Positions 29,734 through 40,030 of a stretch of DNA of 64,000 bases are shown here, piece after piece. Under the pieces are notes generated by a model. It did not search any database. It worked only from the letters and a program-made list of their open reading frames with translations, and was not told the origin of the DNA. The DNA is from an uncultured Solirubrobacterales bacterium (lineage in GTDB: Bacteria; Actinomycetota; Thermoleophilia; Solirubrobacterales; Solirubrobacteraceae): positions 20,968-84,967 of the forward strand of contig CAWIII010000039.1 in assembly GCA_963836065.1 (NCBI GenBank), read 5' to 3'. Made by a program: the position numbers and the translations under genes. How positions within the stretch are numbered: position 1 is the first letter of the stretch; every line of letters begins with the position of its first letter.

Positions 29734-29898
29734 ATGGCCTCAAGCGGCAAGAAGAAGACCACGATGGCAAAGCTCACGCGCGAGAGCAGGCTCCGCGAGC
29801 GTCGAGTGGAGAAGGCAGCCAAGAAGCAGGCGAGAAAAGAGGCCTCGGCCAATCCGCCAGGCCAACCCACCGACGCGCCGCCCGGCAACCAGGAATAG
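29734..29898 (+). CDS. 54-aa Lys/Arg-rich hypothetical protein
   Basis: MASSGKKKTTMAKLTRESRLRERRVEKAAKKQARK; purine-rich RBS. Confidence 0.55.
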   Translation: MASSGKKKTTMAKLTRESRLRERRVEKAAKKQARKEASANPPGQPTDAPPGNQE

Positions 29899-30194
29899 TC
29901 GGCCCGCGGCCCGCACGGATCGCTGAGCCGCTCCTGGTCACGCACGAGCCGAGACCCAACCTCTCGGGGTCAAAGAAAATCGTCGGCGTGGCCGGCGTGT
30001 TCAGGGCCGACTCCACGAACGCCGGATCGCCGAACGCCGCGGTCAGCTCCTGCCGAGCGTCCTCGCGTGCAAGCTCCTCCCAGGGCGCGGCGTGATCGGC
30101 GACGCAGCCCCATCCGGACTACCCGATATGCGACCCGCAAGCCGCCAGCACTTCCAGGGCTACCCGTAGTGCCGGGAGTCGCTTCACTCGGGGT

Positions 30195-31391
30195 TCAGTC
30201 GCGGTTGAGGAGGCGGCGCACGTCGTCGTAACGCCGTAGCTCTTGTGGCGCGGGCGGATCGGATCCTTGTAGCCTGGCCCGCAGCGCCGTACGATCGGCG
30301 GCAAGCAACTCGAGCAGCTGTGGCTCGCCACCGCGCTCCGCTGTGTCTATGACGACAGCGCTTCCGGGCCAGTTGTGATTCAGGTACCGGAGGTAGTCAG
30401 CGACCGACCCAGCTGGCGGCTCGTAGATCCAGGACCCGGTGTTCCAAAAGCGCGGCCCGGCAGTCGTATCGCCGGCCCGGACTCCGTCGAGAGGCTGGTG
30501 GGTATGGGCGAACACGAACCACTGCGCTTGCTGATCCCAACCGAGATTTCGGCACACGCGGGCGTACGCGCTCACCGTAGGCAGGACGGACGCTCCGGGC
30601 TCGACCACGCGGGCGAGTGCGTAGTCCGCCGTCGCGGGCTGAGACTCGGCCCTACCCCGGAGCCGCAGCAGCAGCGAGCGGGCAATCCGTCCCACTTCGC
30701 GTCCCGGGGCAGCCGCCAGACCTGCGAAGCGACCGAGCCGGCGCAGCTCGGACTGTATGTGCTGCTCGGCGGCGGCACCCTTGGGCAGCTGCGCCTCGAC
30801 GAACAGCAGCTCGGTGAGCGGAACCAATGAGGCCTCATAGTCCTCGATCGTCGGCGTCGCCACGCGCCCACCGGCGATCCGCCAGAACCCGCCCTGCAAC
30901 ATCCGGTTCGGGACCGAGCCGCGGACCTCGCTGTCGAGGTAGTGACCGTGGCTGAGCATGACTTCGCCGATGCGACATTGCGGATAAGCGATCTCGATCT
31001 GGGTATCCGGGAGACGCCGTCGCAGGAACGCCTCGAAGAACAAGCTCCCGCGCCACTGCTCAGCCAACTCGTCGTCGGATTTGCCCGTCGCAATCCGCAG
31101 TTCGATGAGCGCCTCCAGCCGGCGAACGAGGATGTGGTGATCATGGTTGCCCGCCAGCCACGTTAACCGCTTGCCGGCCAACGTCTGCGCGAGCAGGTCG
31201 ACCAGCCCGTCGGCTCGCTCGAATGCATGCTGACTGGTCGCGAACAACAGATCCACGAAGTCGCCCAGCAGCACGACCTCGTCCGCGCGCTCGAGCTCGG
31301 GCCGCAGCGCTTCCCGAGCCCATTCATAAGCAAGAAGATCGTCCCCCGTCCACGCCCCGAGGTGTGAATCTGAAAACACTAACGAACGCAT
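30195..31391 (-). CDS. Calcineurin-like metallophosphoesterase
   Basis: SDSHLG, LGDFVD, GNHD, HGH, AHTH, NTGSW. Confidence 0.88.
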   Translation of the reverse strand: MRSLVFSDSHLGAWTGDDLLAYEWAREALRPELERADEVVLLGDFVDLLFATSQHAFERADGLVDLLAQTLAGKRLTWLAGNHDHHILVRRLEALIELRIATGKSDDELAEQWRGSLFFEAFLRRRLPDTQIEIAYPQCRIGEVMLSHGHYLDSEVRGSVPNRMLQGGFWRIAGGRVATPTIEDYEASLVPLTELLFVEAQLPKGAAAEQHIQSELRRLGRFAGLAAAPGREVGRIARSLLLRLRGRAESQPATADYALARVVEPGASVLPTVSAYARVCRNLGWDQQAQWFVFAHTHQPLDGVRAGDTTAGPRFWNTGSWIYEPPAGSVADYLRYLNHNWPGSAVVIDTAERGGEPQLLELLAADRTALRARLQGSDPPAPQELRRYDDVRRLLNRD

Positions 31392-31825
31392 CGCACGCCC
31401 TTCATCCTGAAAACATCGAGCATCGAGTCTCGCCAGATCGCGCATCGTCCGCCGATAGGTGCGCACACACAGCGAGGAGCACAATCCGCTTTCGCTCTTT
31501 GTCGGCAAATTCATTGTCGCGCCCAGCAATCTCGAAGCTGGCCGCCAACCGCTTGCGACCGTTGTGCGGGCCAGGTGACGCGCGTGAGGACCAGAGCTCG
31601 GCCCCCCTGGCGTCAGAAGGGCCGCTGCGAGCTGACACCCCGGGTTCGTCCGAGGCGGGGTGATGCGACCGGCTCGCGGCTTGCCGCTGGCGCGGTCATC
31701 CCGTCTGGGTGATGTTCTGTCGGGTGGTGGGTGGACACTTGGGGGTGTCCGATAACGGCCATTCGTGGCGCTAGGCGCTGCATCCTGCTCTTCCGGGGGT
31801 GGGATCGCGGCAGGAGGCATATGTG

Positions 31826-32230
31826 ATGGAGACGGAGTTCGCTGCAACCAGTTATCCGTTTTTGAACATCTTTTGGACGATCTTGATCTTCATGGCGTGG
31901 GTGGTGTGGATCTGGATCGCAATCACGGTGCTGATCGACCTGTTCCGCCGCCGTGACATCTCGGGGTGGGCGAAGGCGCTGTGGGTGATCTTCGTGATCG
32001 TGTTGCCGTTCCTCGGGGTGTTGATCTATCTGATCGCCTACCACGACGGGATGGCCGAGCGCAGCCACAAGGAAGCTGCCGATTCCCAGGCGCAGTTCGA
32101 GGACTACGTCCGCAAGACGGCCGGTAGCGAAGGCCCGGCGAGCGAGATCGAAAAAGCCAAGAAACTGCTCGACAGCGGCGCCATCACCCAGGCCGAATTC
32201 GACGCCATCAAAGCCAAAGCAATCACATAA
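31826..32230 (+). CDS. PLDc_N plus SHOCT domain membrane protein
   Basis: DLFRRRDISGWAKALW...PFLGVLIYL; EIEKAKKLLDSGAITQAEFD. Confidence 0.88.
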   Translation: METEFAATSYPFLNIFWTILIFMAWVVWIWIAITVLIDLFRRRDISGWAKALWVIFVIVLPFLGVLIYLIAYHDGMAERSHKEAADSQAQFEDYVRKTAGSEGPASEIEKAKKLLDSGAITQAEFDAIKAKAIT

Positions 32231-32339
32231 CGAAACCGCCAGGCCCGACTCGCGGAGCCTGATCCAACCGGGCACCGATGAGCACTGAGCCGGCGCGCAG
32301 TCATATATCGCGGAAGAAAGGAGCCAACCGAGGAGGACC

Positions 32340-32900
32340 GTGATGCGAGAGCTGATCTACTCGATGGGAGTTTCGCTGGACGGCTTCATCGCCGGACCCG
32401 ACGGCGAGATCGACTGGACTGCACCCGACGAGAAGCTGCACCGCTTCCACAACCAGCAGACACGCGAGCTGGGCGCGCACCTCTGCGGACGGCGGCTGTA
32501 CGAGGCGATGGTCTACTGGGAGACCGCTGACGAGAAACCCTCGGCCTCGGAGCACGAGCTTGACTTTGCGCGGATCTGGAAGCAGCTGCCGAAGATCGTG
32601 TTCTCGAATACCCTTGAGAAGGTCGAGGGTAATGCCAGGCTCGTCAGGAGCGGCGTTGCCGAAGTGCTCGCCGAGCTGAAGGAACAACCGGGGAAGGAGC
32701 TGGCCGTCGGCGGCGCCGGTCTAGCCTCGACCGTCATGAACCTAGGCCTCATCGACGAGTACCGGCTGTTCGTCAGTCCGGTGCTACTGGGAGGTGGCAC
32801 GCCTTACTTCCCGACCCTGGAGGCCAGGATCAACCTGGAATTGGTCGAGACACGGACGTTTGCCTCCCGCGTTGTTTACCTTCGCTACCGGCGTATCTGA
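32340..32900 (+). CDS. Dihydrofolate reductase/RibD C-terminal family protein
   Basis: VSLDGFI, GRRLYE, VGGAGLA, IDEY.L.V.PV.LGGG. Confidence 0.9.
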   Translation: MMRELIYSMGVSLDGFIAGPDGEIDWTAPDEKLHRFHNQQTRELGAHLCGRRLYEAMVYWETADEKPSASEHELDFARIWKQLPKIVFSNTLEKVEGNARLVRSGVAEVLAELKEQPGKELAVGGAGLASTVMNLGLIDEYRLFVSPVLLGGGTPYFPTLEARINLELVETRTFASRVVYLRYRRI

Positions 32901-33014
32901 GAGGGCCGGGCCAGGCGCGTCTTCGCGTGCAGCCATGTTGATGTGGAGACCTCAGCGGCTCGACGGTGAGGAGCTCGGCCTGCTCCATTACTAGACACGC
33001 CGTTTATTAGTTTA

Positions 33015-34140
33015 ACGGGTTTTCCATCTCAGTGCAGTAGCCTTCGGGAGTGTCCCGCGAGGCGCCCAGGGCATCCGTTGACTACCCCGGCTCCTACGCC
33101 GACCTGCGGAGCTGGTTCCCGGATGACCGTGCGTGTCTGGACTACCTCGATTGGTTGCGTTGGCCGGAGGGCTTTCGGTGCCCGCTATGCGCGGGCGAGC
33201 AGGGGTGGAAGCTCCCGGACGGTCGATGGTCGTGTGGTCGGTGCGGTCGTCGCGTCTCGCCGACGGCCGGGACGATCTTCCATGGGACGCGGACGCCGTT
33301 GACGGTGTGGTTCGCGGCGGCGTGGCAGATGACCAGCCAGAAGCGTGGGATCTCCGCTCACGGCCTGAAGCGTGTGCTCGGGATCGGCTCCGAGCAGACC
33401 GCGTGGGCGATGCTCCATCGCTACCGCACCGCGATGGTCCGCCCCGGCCGCGACCGGCTGGGCACGATCGTCGAGGTCGACGAGACGGTCATCGGCGGCC
33501 CCCAGCCCGGACGCCGGGGACGCGGCGCCCTGGGCAAGACGCTGGTCGTGATCGCTGTTGAGCAGGTCGGACGGGCGCTGGGCCGTTGTCGCATGCAGAT
33601 CATCGACGATGCGAGCACCGCCTCGCTGCGGCCGTTCCTGCTGGATCATGTTGATCCCGGAACGATCGTGATCACCGACGGGTGGCCGAGCTACCCGTCG
33701 GCCTGTGGGGAGGAGTACACCCATCAGCCCGAGCCGGTCGCCCCATCGGGGCTGCAGGCTCACGAACTGCTGCCGGGCGTGCATCGCGTCGCGTCCCTGG
33801 TGGAGCGCTGGCTGCTGGGCACCCACCAAGGCGGCGTCAAGCCCGGGCACCTGCAGGCATACCTGGACGAGTTCGCCTTCCGCTTCAACCGCCGGCGATC
33901 CCGCGCGCGCGGCATGCTCTTCTACCGCTTGCTCGAGCAGTCCGTCCAAGCACCGCCGCGCACCTACCGCTCGCTGGTCGTCGATCCCGGGTCCGGCTTC
34001 CGCAGCCCTCCACCCCCACCGTCCGACAAGCGGGTACGACCCGCCAGCCTCGCCGGAGAGCCGCTCGATCGCCCGTGGCGTCACCAGTCAGCCCGAAAAG
34101 CCGATGAATCCTGACCTACTGCACTCAGATGGAAACCCAT
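33015..34140 (+). mobile_element. IS1595-family insertion sequence
   Basis: Imperfect terminal IRs acgggttttccatctcagtgcagtag / ctactgcactcagatggaaacccat around the transposase; no TSD seen. Confidence 0.88.
33050..34114 (+). CDS. IS1595 transposase
   Basis: Zn ribbon CPLC...CGRC, VEVDET, TDGW..Y, YLDEFAFRFNRR. Confidence 0.95.
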   Translation: MSREAPRASVDYPGSYADLRSWFPDDRACLDYLDWLRWPEGFRCPLCAGEQGWKLPDGRWSCGRCGRRVSPTAGTIFHGTRTPLTVWFAAAWQMTSQKRGISAHGLKRVLGIGSEQTAWAMLHRYRTAMVRPGRDRLGTIVEVDETVIGGPQPGRRGRGALGKTLVVIAVEQVGRALGRCRMQIIDDASTASLRPFLLDHVDPGTIVITDGWPSYPSACGEEYTHQPEPVAPSGLQAHELLPGVHRVASLVERWLLGTHQGGVKPGHLQAYLDEFAFRFNRRRSRARGMLFYRLLEQSVQAPPRTYRSLVVDPGSGFRSPPPPPSDKRVRPASLAGEPLDRPWRHQSARKADES

Positions 34141-34151
34141 TTCCATAATTC

Positions 34152-34179
34152 ACGTTCGATAACATCCCTTATGTAGAGT
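34152..34179 (+). other. dif-like Xer recombination site (11-6-11)
   Basis: ACGTTCGATAA-catccc-TTATGTAGAGT matches the GATAA-N6-TTATGT dif core; about 140 bp upstream of a XerD-like gene. Confidence 0.7.
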
Positions 34180-34320
34180 TACCTGCAAATTCGACCCTTT
34201 TCAGGCTCGACGACTTGCATGTCGAATTGGGTTCCGCGCATCGGCGCAGTTTCTCGAGCGCCTTGCCGATCGGCGTCGCGGCGTGCAAGGATTCGCGTCG
34301 GCGCCGGCGAACAGGGCGCT

Positions 34321-35214
34321 ATGAGCGCTCGCTTGCCACGAGCTCCCGAAACCTTCGAGCAACTCGTGCTGGCCTTGCTTACCGATCTCGAGCGCGAGCG
34401 CGGCCTCGCGCGCAACACGGTCAATGCCTACCGCAGCGACCTGGTTCAGTTCGGCGCGTTTCTCGCCGACCACGGGCGTGACGTGCTCGCGGTCGAGCAC
34501 GCCGAGCTGGCCGCGTTCCTCGGCGAGCTGGCCAACAGCCCGAGCACGACACCACTCGCGGCCGCAACGCTGCAACGCAAGATCGCTTGCCTGCGCTCGT
34601 TCTACCGTCACCTGCACCGCCGCGGAATGATCGAGCGCAACCCGGCGAGCGAGCTGAGCAGCCCGCGGCTCGCCAAGCGCCGTCCACAGTCACTCAGCCG
34701 CCAGGACATCCAGCAGCTGCTCGCCCAGCCGCGCAGAACGAGCCCCGCCGCGCTACGCGACCGCGCGCTGCTCGAACTACTGTACGCGTGCGGAATCCGC
34801 GTCTCGGAGGCGATCGCGCTCCAGCCAGACGACCTTGACCTCGGGACCGCCATGCTACGCGCCGACGCCAACGGGCCCAAGGAGCGGCTCGTGCCGGTCC
34901 CCGACAGCGCGCTGGCCGCGATCCGCGCCTACCTGCAAGACGGCCGCCCGCTGCTCCTGCGCCCGCGCAAGCAGCCGCGCCTGTTCGTAAACCAGCACGG
35001 GAACGGGCTCACACGACAAGGGATCTACCAGATCGTCCAGGGCCACGCGCGCACAGCCGGGTTCGCTGAGCGGATCACACCACGCACGATCCGCCACGCC
35101 TGCGCAACGCACCTGCTCGCCAGCGGCGTCGAACCACAGACCCTACAAACGATGCTCGGACACACCGACATCACCACCACCGAGCTGTACACCGAGCTGC
35201 CCGCCGCCGCCTGA
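34321..35214 (+). CDS. XerD-like tyrosine recombinase (some catalytic positions diverged)
   Basis: ARNTVNAYRSDL, RDRALLELLYACGIRVSE, TPRTIRH (usual H is R), LGH...TELYT. Confidence 0.88.
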   Translation: MSARLPRAPETFEQLVLALLTDLERERGLARNTVNAYRSDLVQFGAFLADHGRDVLAVEHAELAAFLGELANSPSTTPLAAATLQRKIACLRSFYRHLHRRGMIERNPASELSSPRLAKRRPQSLSRQDIQQLLAQPRRTSPAALRDRALLELLYACGIRVSEAIALQPDDLDLGTAMLRADANGPKERLVPVPDSALAAIRAYLQDGRPLLLRPRKQPRLFVNQHGNGLTRQGIYQIVQGHARTAGFAERITPRTIRHACATHLLASGVEPQTLQTMLGHTDITTTELYTELPAAA

Positions 35215-35384
35215 CCGGCGACCGTTCCCCATCGCGGCCCCTAAACGGCGCTTGGCGACTGGACACAGCTCATCGGCGCACCGACGCGAGTACTCGACTT
35301 CTGAACGAGTTCCCCACGGGCCGTGTGGAGCCGTTCGCGGAGTACGTCGCGGTCCGCTTTGAGGAGCAACACCGCGACTCGGCC

Positions 35385-35771
35385 TGCTGCTAGACGTCAC
35401 CCGAGGGCACCCTCAGCGCTCGATGATGCTCGCCGCGCACCTGGTCGCGCGCACGCTGGCCGGCGGCGCTGCGGACGAAGCGACATTCGAGGACGCACTC
35501 GCCGGCGCGCTGCTCGACGCCGACGGCGAGCTGCACGGCCGCTGGGACGCGCTCACCGTCTCGCAGCGGCGAGCGATCGCTGTGCTCGCCAGCGACGAAG
35601 CACCGTTCAGCCAGACGGCCGCGCGCCAACACGGCACCGGGCGCAACCGGTAAGGCGCTCGCAGCGCTCGCGCAGGCCGGGGACATCGCCCAGGACCCGA
35701 CGGCGGCGACCGGCTGGATGATCATCGATCCGCTCATGCACGTGTGGCTGCGCCGACGCGGCAGAGATTGA
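35385..35771 (+). pseudogene. C-terminal fragment of an ATPase/winged-helix protein
   Basis: GHPQRSMMLAAHL...W..L...QR..., IIDPLMHVWL; frameshift near 35650; no N-terminus. Confidence 0.4.
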
Positions 35772-35895
35772 CGTTCGGCCACATTGCCAGCAGGACGGCG
35801 ACCAGCACCGCCGACGCCGCTCCTGGCGGCCGCAAGGGAACTAAGAACCGTCTACGAGACGCCCGATGACAGCACTGAATCGCGGCGAGGCCAGC

Positions 35896-36876
35896 TCACG
35901 CGCTCGAAGGACGGTGAGCGTCGCGCCATGCTTGGTGAATCTCGGGTCGCAGGCGGCCGCGGTCTGCGACCGCGAGCCCGTTGTCGCGCGCCCACGCGCG
36001 CAGTTCGCTGGTCGACGGCCCCGGCTCGGATCGCGCGATGAGTTGTGCTTCGTCGTCGAGGCCTAAGCGGGCACGCGCGGCTGGCTCGTCGCGCGCCCAC
36101 GCATGCGCGGCGGCGAGATAACGATATGTCCATTCCTCGGCGAGCTTGCGCGTCTGGCAGAAGACGATCGGCACCATCGGCCAGCGGATCTGCAACTCGG
36201 CCAGGCCGTCGGCGACAACGCTGCCGCGGACGTGCTCAACCGCGAAGATCTGGCCATAGTGGTCCTCGACGACGACCGCCGCCCGTAGCAGCGCGGACAG
36301 CTCGCCCAGCGCGTAACGCAACCGTCCGCTGGTCAGGCTCGACACGAGATCGGCCACCGATTTTCGCTCGACGGCCGCGACGATCTGCCCCTGTACGGTA
36401 ACCGCGTAGTCGCCACACGACAGGCCGCGACGCACCGTGCGTGCTTGCTGTGAGGCGAACGTGTACGGATAGCGCTCGTGGCTGTCCACGAGGATCTCCA
36501 GGTCCGCGACCCCTTGTGCGCGCGCGGTCGGCAAACGCACGTCAGGCCGCGCCTGCTTGCGGGTACGCGGCGACTGCCAGAAGACCACCTCCCGTCCACG
36601 AGCGCGGGTAAACACGATCTGCGAACGCTGCTCACGGCCGCGATCGCAGACAACGTCGATCGCCGCGCCGCGCCTGGCACACGCGCGAAGCGCCACCCGC
36701 TCGACGATCTCAGGCTCTGCCGGCCACTCGTCGATACCGACCGCATGGCAGTACAGCGCACTGGTCCGCGGCCACGTGCCCTTCGTACGAAACACCAGCC
36801 CGCCCTCCAGCGGCACCCACAGCAGATACGGTAGCGAGCTGTCCAGGTTCGGATTCCGTGCGACGAGCAACTCCAT
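35896..36876 (-). CDS. ERCC4-type nuclease fused to Lsr2 DNA-binding domain
   Basis: VDSHER, GDY, VERKSVADL nuclease motifs; C-terminal ELRAWARDNGLAVADRGRL. Confidence 0.85.
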   Translation of the reverse strand: MELLVARNPNLDSSLPYLLWVPLEGGLVFRTKGTWPRTSALYCHAVGIDEWPAEPEIVERVALRACARRGAAIDVVCDRGREQRSQIVFTRARGREVVFWQSPRTRKQARPDVRLPTARAQGVADLEILVDSHERYPYTFASQQARTVRRGLSCGDYAVTVQGQIVAAVERKSVADLVSSLTSGRLRYALGELSALLRAAVVVEDHYGQIFAVEHVRGSVVADGLAELQIRWPMVPIVFCQTRKLAEEWTYRYLAAAHAWARDEPAARARLGLDDEAQLIARSEPGPSTSELRAWARDNGLAVADRGRLRPEIHQAWRDAHRPSSA

Positions 36877-36951
36877 CGTCCCCAGTTTGCCGACAGCGAC
36901 TTCACGAGAACCCCGCCCCCACGGACGCCCCGACTCGGAATCGACCTCTTA

Positions 36952-38238
36952 GGGCTCACGAAGTAATTAGTGCGGTTGTTGGGTTGATCACGTAGTTCCA
37001 GTCCGGGTGAAAGTCATCGCGGACGATGTTCACCGCAGCCAGCTCCGCATCGCTGACTTTGATGCCTTTGACGTACTCGCCCGGGTCAAGGCGTGCGTAG
37101 ACCTTCAACCCGGTGCTGGTGGTGGTCGAGCCGATCAGGTCGATGATCAGCTGTAGGCTCTCAAGCGGCTTGCCGCGCCAGTTCAGGCTGACGTAGGAGA
37201 ACATCCGGTGCTCGATTTTGTTCCACTTGCTTGTGCCCGGTGGGAAGTGGCAGACGCGGATCGCGAGTCCTAGCTCGTCGGCGAGGCATTGCAGCTCGGT
37301 CTTCCACAGCTTCGTGCGGCTGGAGTTGCTGCCGCCGCCGTCAGCGGTGATCGTCAGGGTTCTGGCGTCGGGGTAGCGCTGTGAGCCGAGGTGCGCCCAC
37401 CACGCGCGGATCGAGTTGACCGCGAACTGCGCCGTGTCCCGCGTGATCCCGACCGAAACCATCCCCTCGTTGGCGTTCATGTCATACACGCCGAAGGGGA
37501 TCGCGTGCCCCAGCTGCTTGTCCTTGAAGTCGTGACAGCGGACCTCCACCGGCCGGCCCGTCGGCTCGTACTCCCGGCCGACAGCCTTGAAATCCCCGAC
37601 AAGCTCGCGCTTTTTGGCATCCACAGAGATCACCGGCTCGCCCGCCGCCAGCGCCGCCCGGGCGGTCTCGTTGATGTAGCGAAACTGCGCGTCGCGATCG
37701 GGATGATCGCTGCCTTCCCTGGTCTTCCGATTCGCGTGCAACCGAAACCCCAGCCCCTTCAAAAGCTTCCCAACCGACCGATCAGACACCTCGTGCCCGG
37801 CCGCGACCAACGCGACCGCGAGCTTCGCCAAGCTCTTCGACGTCCACCGCAACGGCGACATCGGATCCCCACGCGTATCAGGATCCACCAGCCCCTGGAG
37901 ATCGTCCAACAGCGTCGGATCAGACACCGTCAACGCAGGGCGCCCCGCCCCCCGACGACGGACCTGCCCAGGCTCCAACCGCACCCCCGACCGCAACTCC
38001 TTGATCCCACGCCCGACCGTGTCCTCAGAGATACCCGTCGCGCGCGCGACCGCAGCGATCCCACCACGCCCATGCGAGCGAGCCTCCGTCGCCGCCCAAA
38101 TCCTGCGCTGACGCTCGTTCAGCTCAGGACCCAACCCCGCAAAACGCTCAGCAATCTTCGATTCATCGATCATGTCTCGCAATTACGACACCCGCCCCCA
38201 AACATCCTCCCACACCGCACTAAATCATTCCGGACTCC
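36952..38238 (-). mobile_element. ISAzo13-family insertion sequence
   Basis: Imperfect IRs gggctcacgaagtaattagtgcgg / revcomp ggagtccggaatgatttagtgcgg; TA on both flanks restoring CTTAAG. Confidence 0.85.
36956..38182 (-). CDS. ISAzo13 transposase
   Basis: RGDPMSPLRWT, HPDRDAQF, ISVDAKK, ADGGGSN, SKWNKIEHR. Confidence 0.95.
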   Translation of the reverse strand: MRDMIDESKIAERFAGLGPELNERQRRIWAATEARSHGRGGIAAVARATGISEDTVGRGIKELRSGVRLEPGQVRRRGAGRPALTVSDPTLLDDLQGLVDPDTRGDPMSPLRWTSKSLAKLAVALVAAGHEVSDRSVGKLLKGLGFRLHANRKTREGSDHPDRDAQFRYINETARAALAAGEPVISVDAKKRELVGDFKAVGREYEPTGRPVEVRCHDFKDKQLGHAIPFGVYDMNANEGMVSVGITRDTAQFAVNSIRAWWAHLGSQRYPDARTLTITADGGGSNSSRTKLWKTELQCLADELGLAIRVCHFPPGTSKWNKIEHRMFSYVSLNWRGKPLESLQLIIDLIGSTTTSTGLKVYARLDPGEYVKGIKVSDAELAAVNIVRDDFHPDWNYVINPTTALITS

Positions 38239-38747
38239 TAAGCAAAATCGGCCCACGGGTTCGCCAAGCACTCGGCCATCTACGCGACGTCCTCGATCAC
38301 AGGGGCCACGGAGGCTGACCGATTCCAGCTGTCAATAAGCTCCGAGGGCTCTGCGAAGAGGGCGGGCGCGAGCGCGACAACGGGGCGCGCATGAATAAGG
38401 CCCTCGAGGGGCAAAGCCGCGCGGCAGACCGTGAGCCCCTGACGCCTGCACTTCGCTTAGGTCAGTCGCTCGCGCCCACCAGCATCATAGCTCGCCCCGC
38501 CGCCGCGATCCCGTGACCCCAGCACTTGCAGCGACGGTTCCGTCCCGACGACGCGCTCTTGCGCGGAGATCTCTTGGCCCGATCACGTGGGCGTGGATCC
38601 CGGCCCGGCGTTCTGGCGGTGGCGCGCGCGAGGCCCTTGCGCCTGAGCCGCAGCGATTGGCCAACAGCATCTCTCGGCGCGTGCTTTGAGGAGGACGGAT
38701 TGCCACCAGGGACGGGGGCTAAGGCTAAGGCTAAGCTGCCGGGGCGG

Positions 38748-39095
38748 ATGACGGCAGAGTCCCGGGAGCAGGAGCCGCTCGACGACCACCGGGCACCCGA
38801 GCGCACGCTGGATCAGCGCATGGACGCCCTGAGCAAGGCCAACGAGGTCCGCGCGCGGCGCGCGCAGCTCAAGCGCGACCTCAAGTCCGGCCGCGTGTCG
38901 CTCGCCGCGCTGATGGTCAATCCGCCCCCGTACTTGGAGACCGCAAAGGTGTTAGACATGCTGCTCGCCCTCCCCGGCCACGGGCGCGTAAAGGCAACCA
39001 AGATTCTCAACAGCTGCCGAGTCTCGCCCCGCAAGACGTTCGGAGGGCTCAGCGAACGCCAGCGCAAGGAGCTCGCCGTGCGCCTGGACCGCTGA
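38748..39095 (+). CDS. Actinobacterial integration host factor (mIHF-like)
   Basis: QRMDALSKANEVRARRAQLKRDLKSG...KVLDMLLALPGHGRVKA...GGLSERQRKEL. Confidence 0.88.
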   Translation: MTAESREQEPLDDHRAPERTLDQRMDALSKANEVRARRAQLKRDLKSGRVSLAALMVNPPPYLETAKVLDMLLALPGHGRVKATKILNSCRVSPRKTFGGLSERQRKELAVRLDR

Positions 39096-39143
39096 TCCGC
39101 GTCACACGGCAAAACGCGTGGACGCGCAAGCGAGCCAATCGCC

Positions 39144-39698
39144 TCAGCGCGGATGCGAAGGGATTCCAACGACCTCGAGAAACATGAGGATCGCAGCGAT
39201 CGTGATCGCCGGCCTGACCAGCCAAGTCTCGATCGAGGAGCCGGTGCGGATCCTGAGCGCAGCTGGCGCGAGCGCGACGCGCCGATGAGCGCACGGCCAC
39301 CCCCACGGGATCGGACCAGTGAGCGAGTCGAGCACCAGGTGCGAGAGATAGCCAAGCGCGGTCGCCGCCACAGCGTAGGGGTAGACGACGGCCAGGTGCG
39401 CGAGCAGGAACCGCACCGCCGACTGCGCGTTCAGATGCGCACCCGTGTGCGAAACCGCGGCCAGCTTCCCGACCACCCACGCCAGTGCGACCAATACAAC
39501 GCCACCGGACGCCACCCCGGTCCGGGAAACCCGTGCCTTCGGATGGTCGATGTCGGGAAGCTCTCCCGCGATCGCTCCCCACGCGATACCGACCGCCAGC
39601 GCCCACACCGGCGTGTGCATCCAGCCGGCGGCGTTTGCCGCTCCTAACCCTGCCGCCGTGAACAAAGCACCACCGGCAACGTGCGTCTGGCTGGTCAC
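39144..39698 (-). CDS. YdjM-like membrane metal-dependent hydrolase
   Basis: TH, LPDIDHP, SHLVLDSLT motifs; start uncertain. Confidence 0.75.
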   Translation of the reverse strand: MTSQTHVAGGALFTAAGLGAANAAGWMHTPVWALAVGIAWGAIAGELPDIDHPKARVSRTGVASGGVVLVALAWVVGKLAAVSHTGAHLNAQSAVRFLLAHLAVVYPYAVAATALGYLSHLVLDSLTGPIPWGWPCAHRRVALAPAALRIRTGSSIETWLVRPAITIAAILMFLEVVGIPSHPR

Positions 39699-40030
39699 GC
39701 TGTGTTCATGTCCCCCCTCTTCCCCCATCGCCCCGCCGCAATCCACTCACGGCGGCGATGTTGGCGAAGGATGCTCGGTGCCTGGTTCGACGCCGGTGAG
39801 GCCACGTCCTGCCGTGACATCGGGCAGAACGGACATTCGCTCCAAAACGAAAACCCCTCGTTTGGGGCGAGAAGCGCCATTAAGTTCACGCCTTGGTGTA
39901 AACGTGGCGCCAGTGCTGGCGATTGCTGTCGTCGACATGTAAACGACAGCATGTGTTGAAGCGTCGTGTCGAGTGGGTCGAACGCTGCTGGACGACGCGC
40001 CGCCCATCGGACCGGCGGGCCGATGTCCGC

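Noticed and set aside
34152-34179. The chromosomal dif site
   Set aside because: The XerD arm is imperfect, a second similar site exists nearby, and the context is a mobile region near nusG; terminus position cannot be tested here
35285-35315. Possible Tn3-like end GGGGAACTCGTTCAGAAG on the minus strand
   Set aside because: Lacks the inner CTAAG and no partner repeat found
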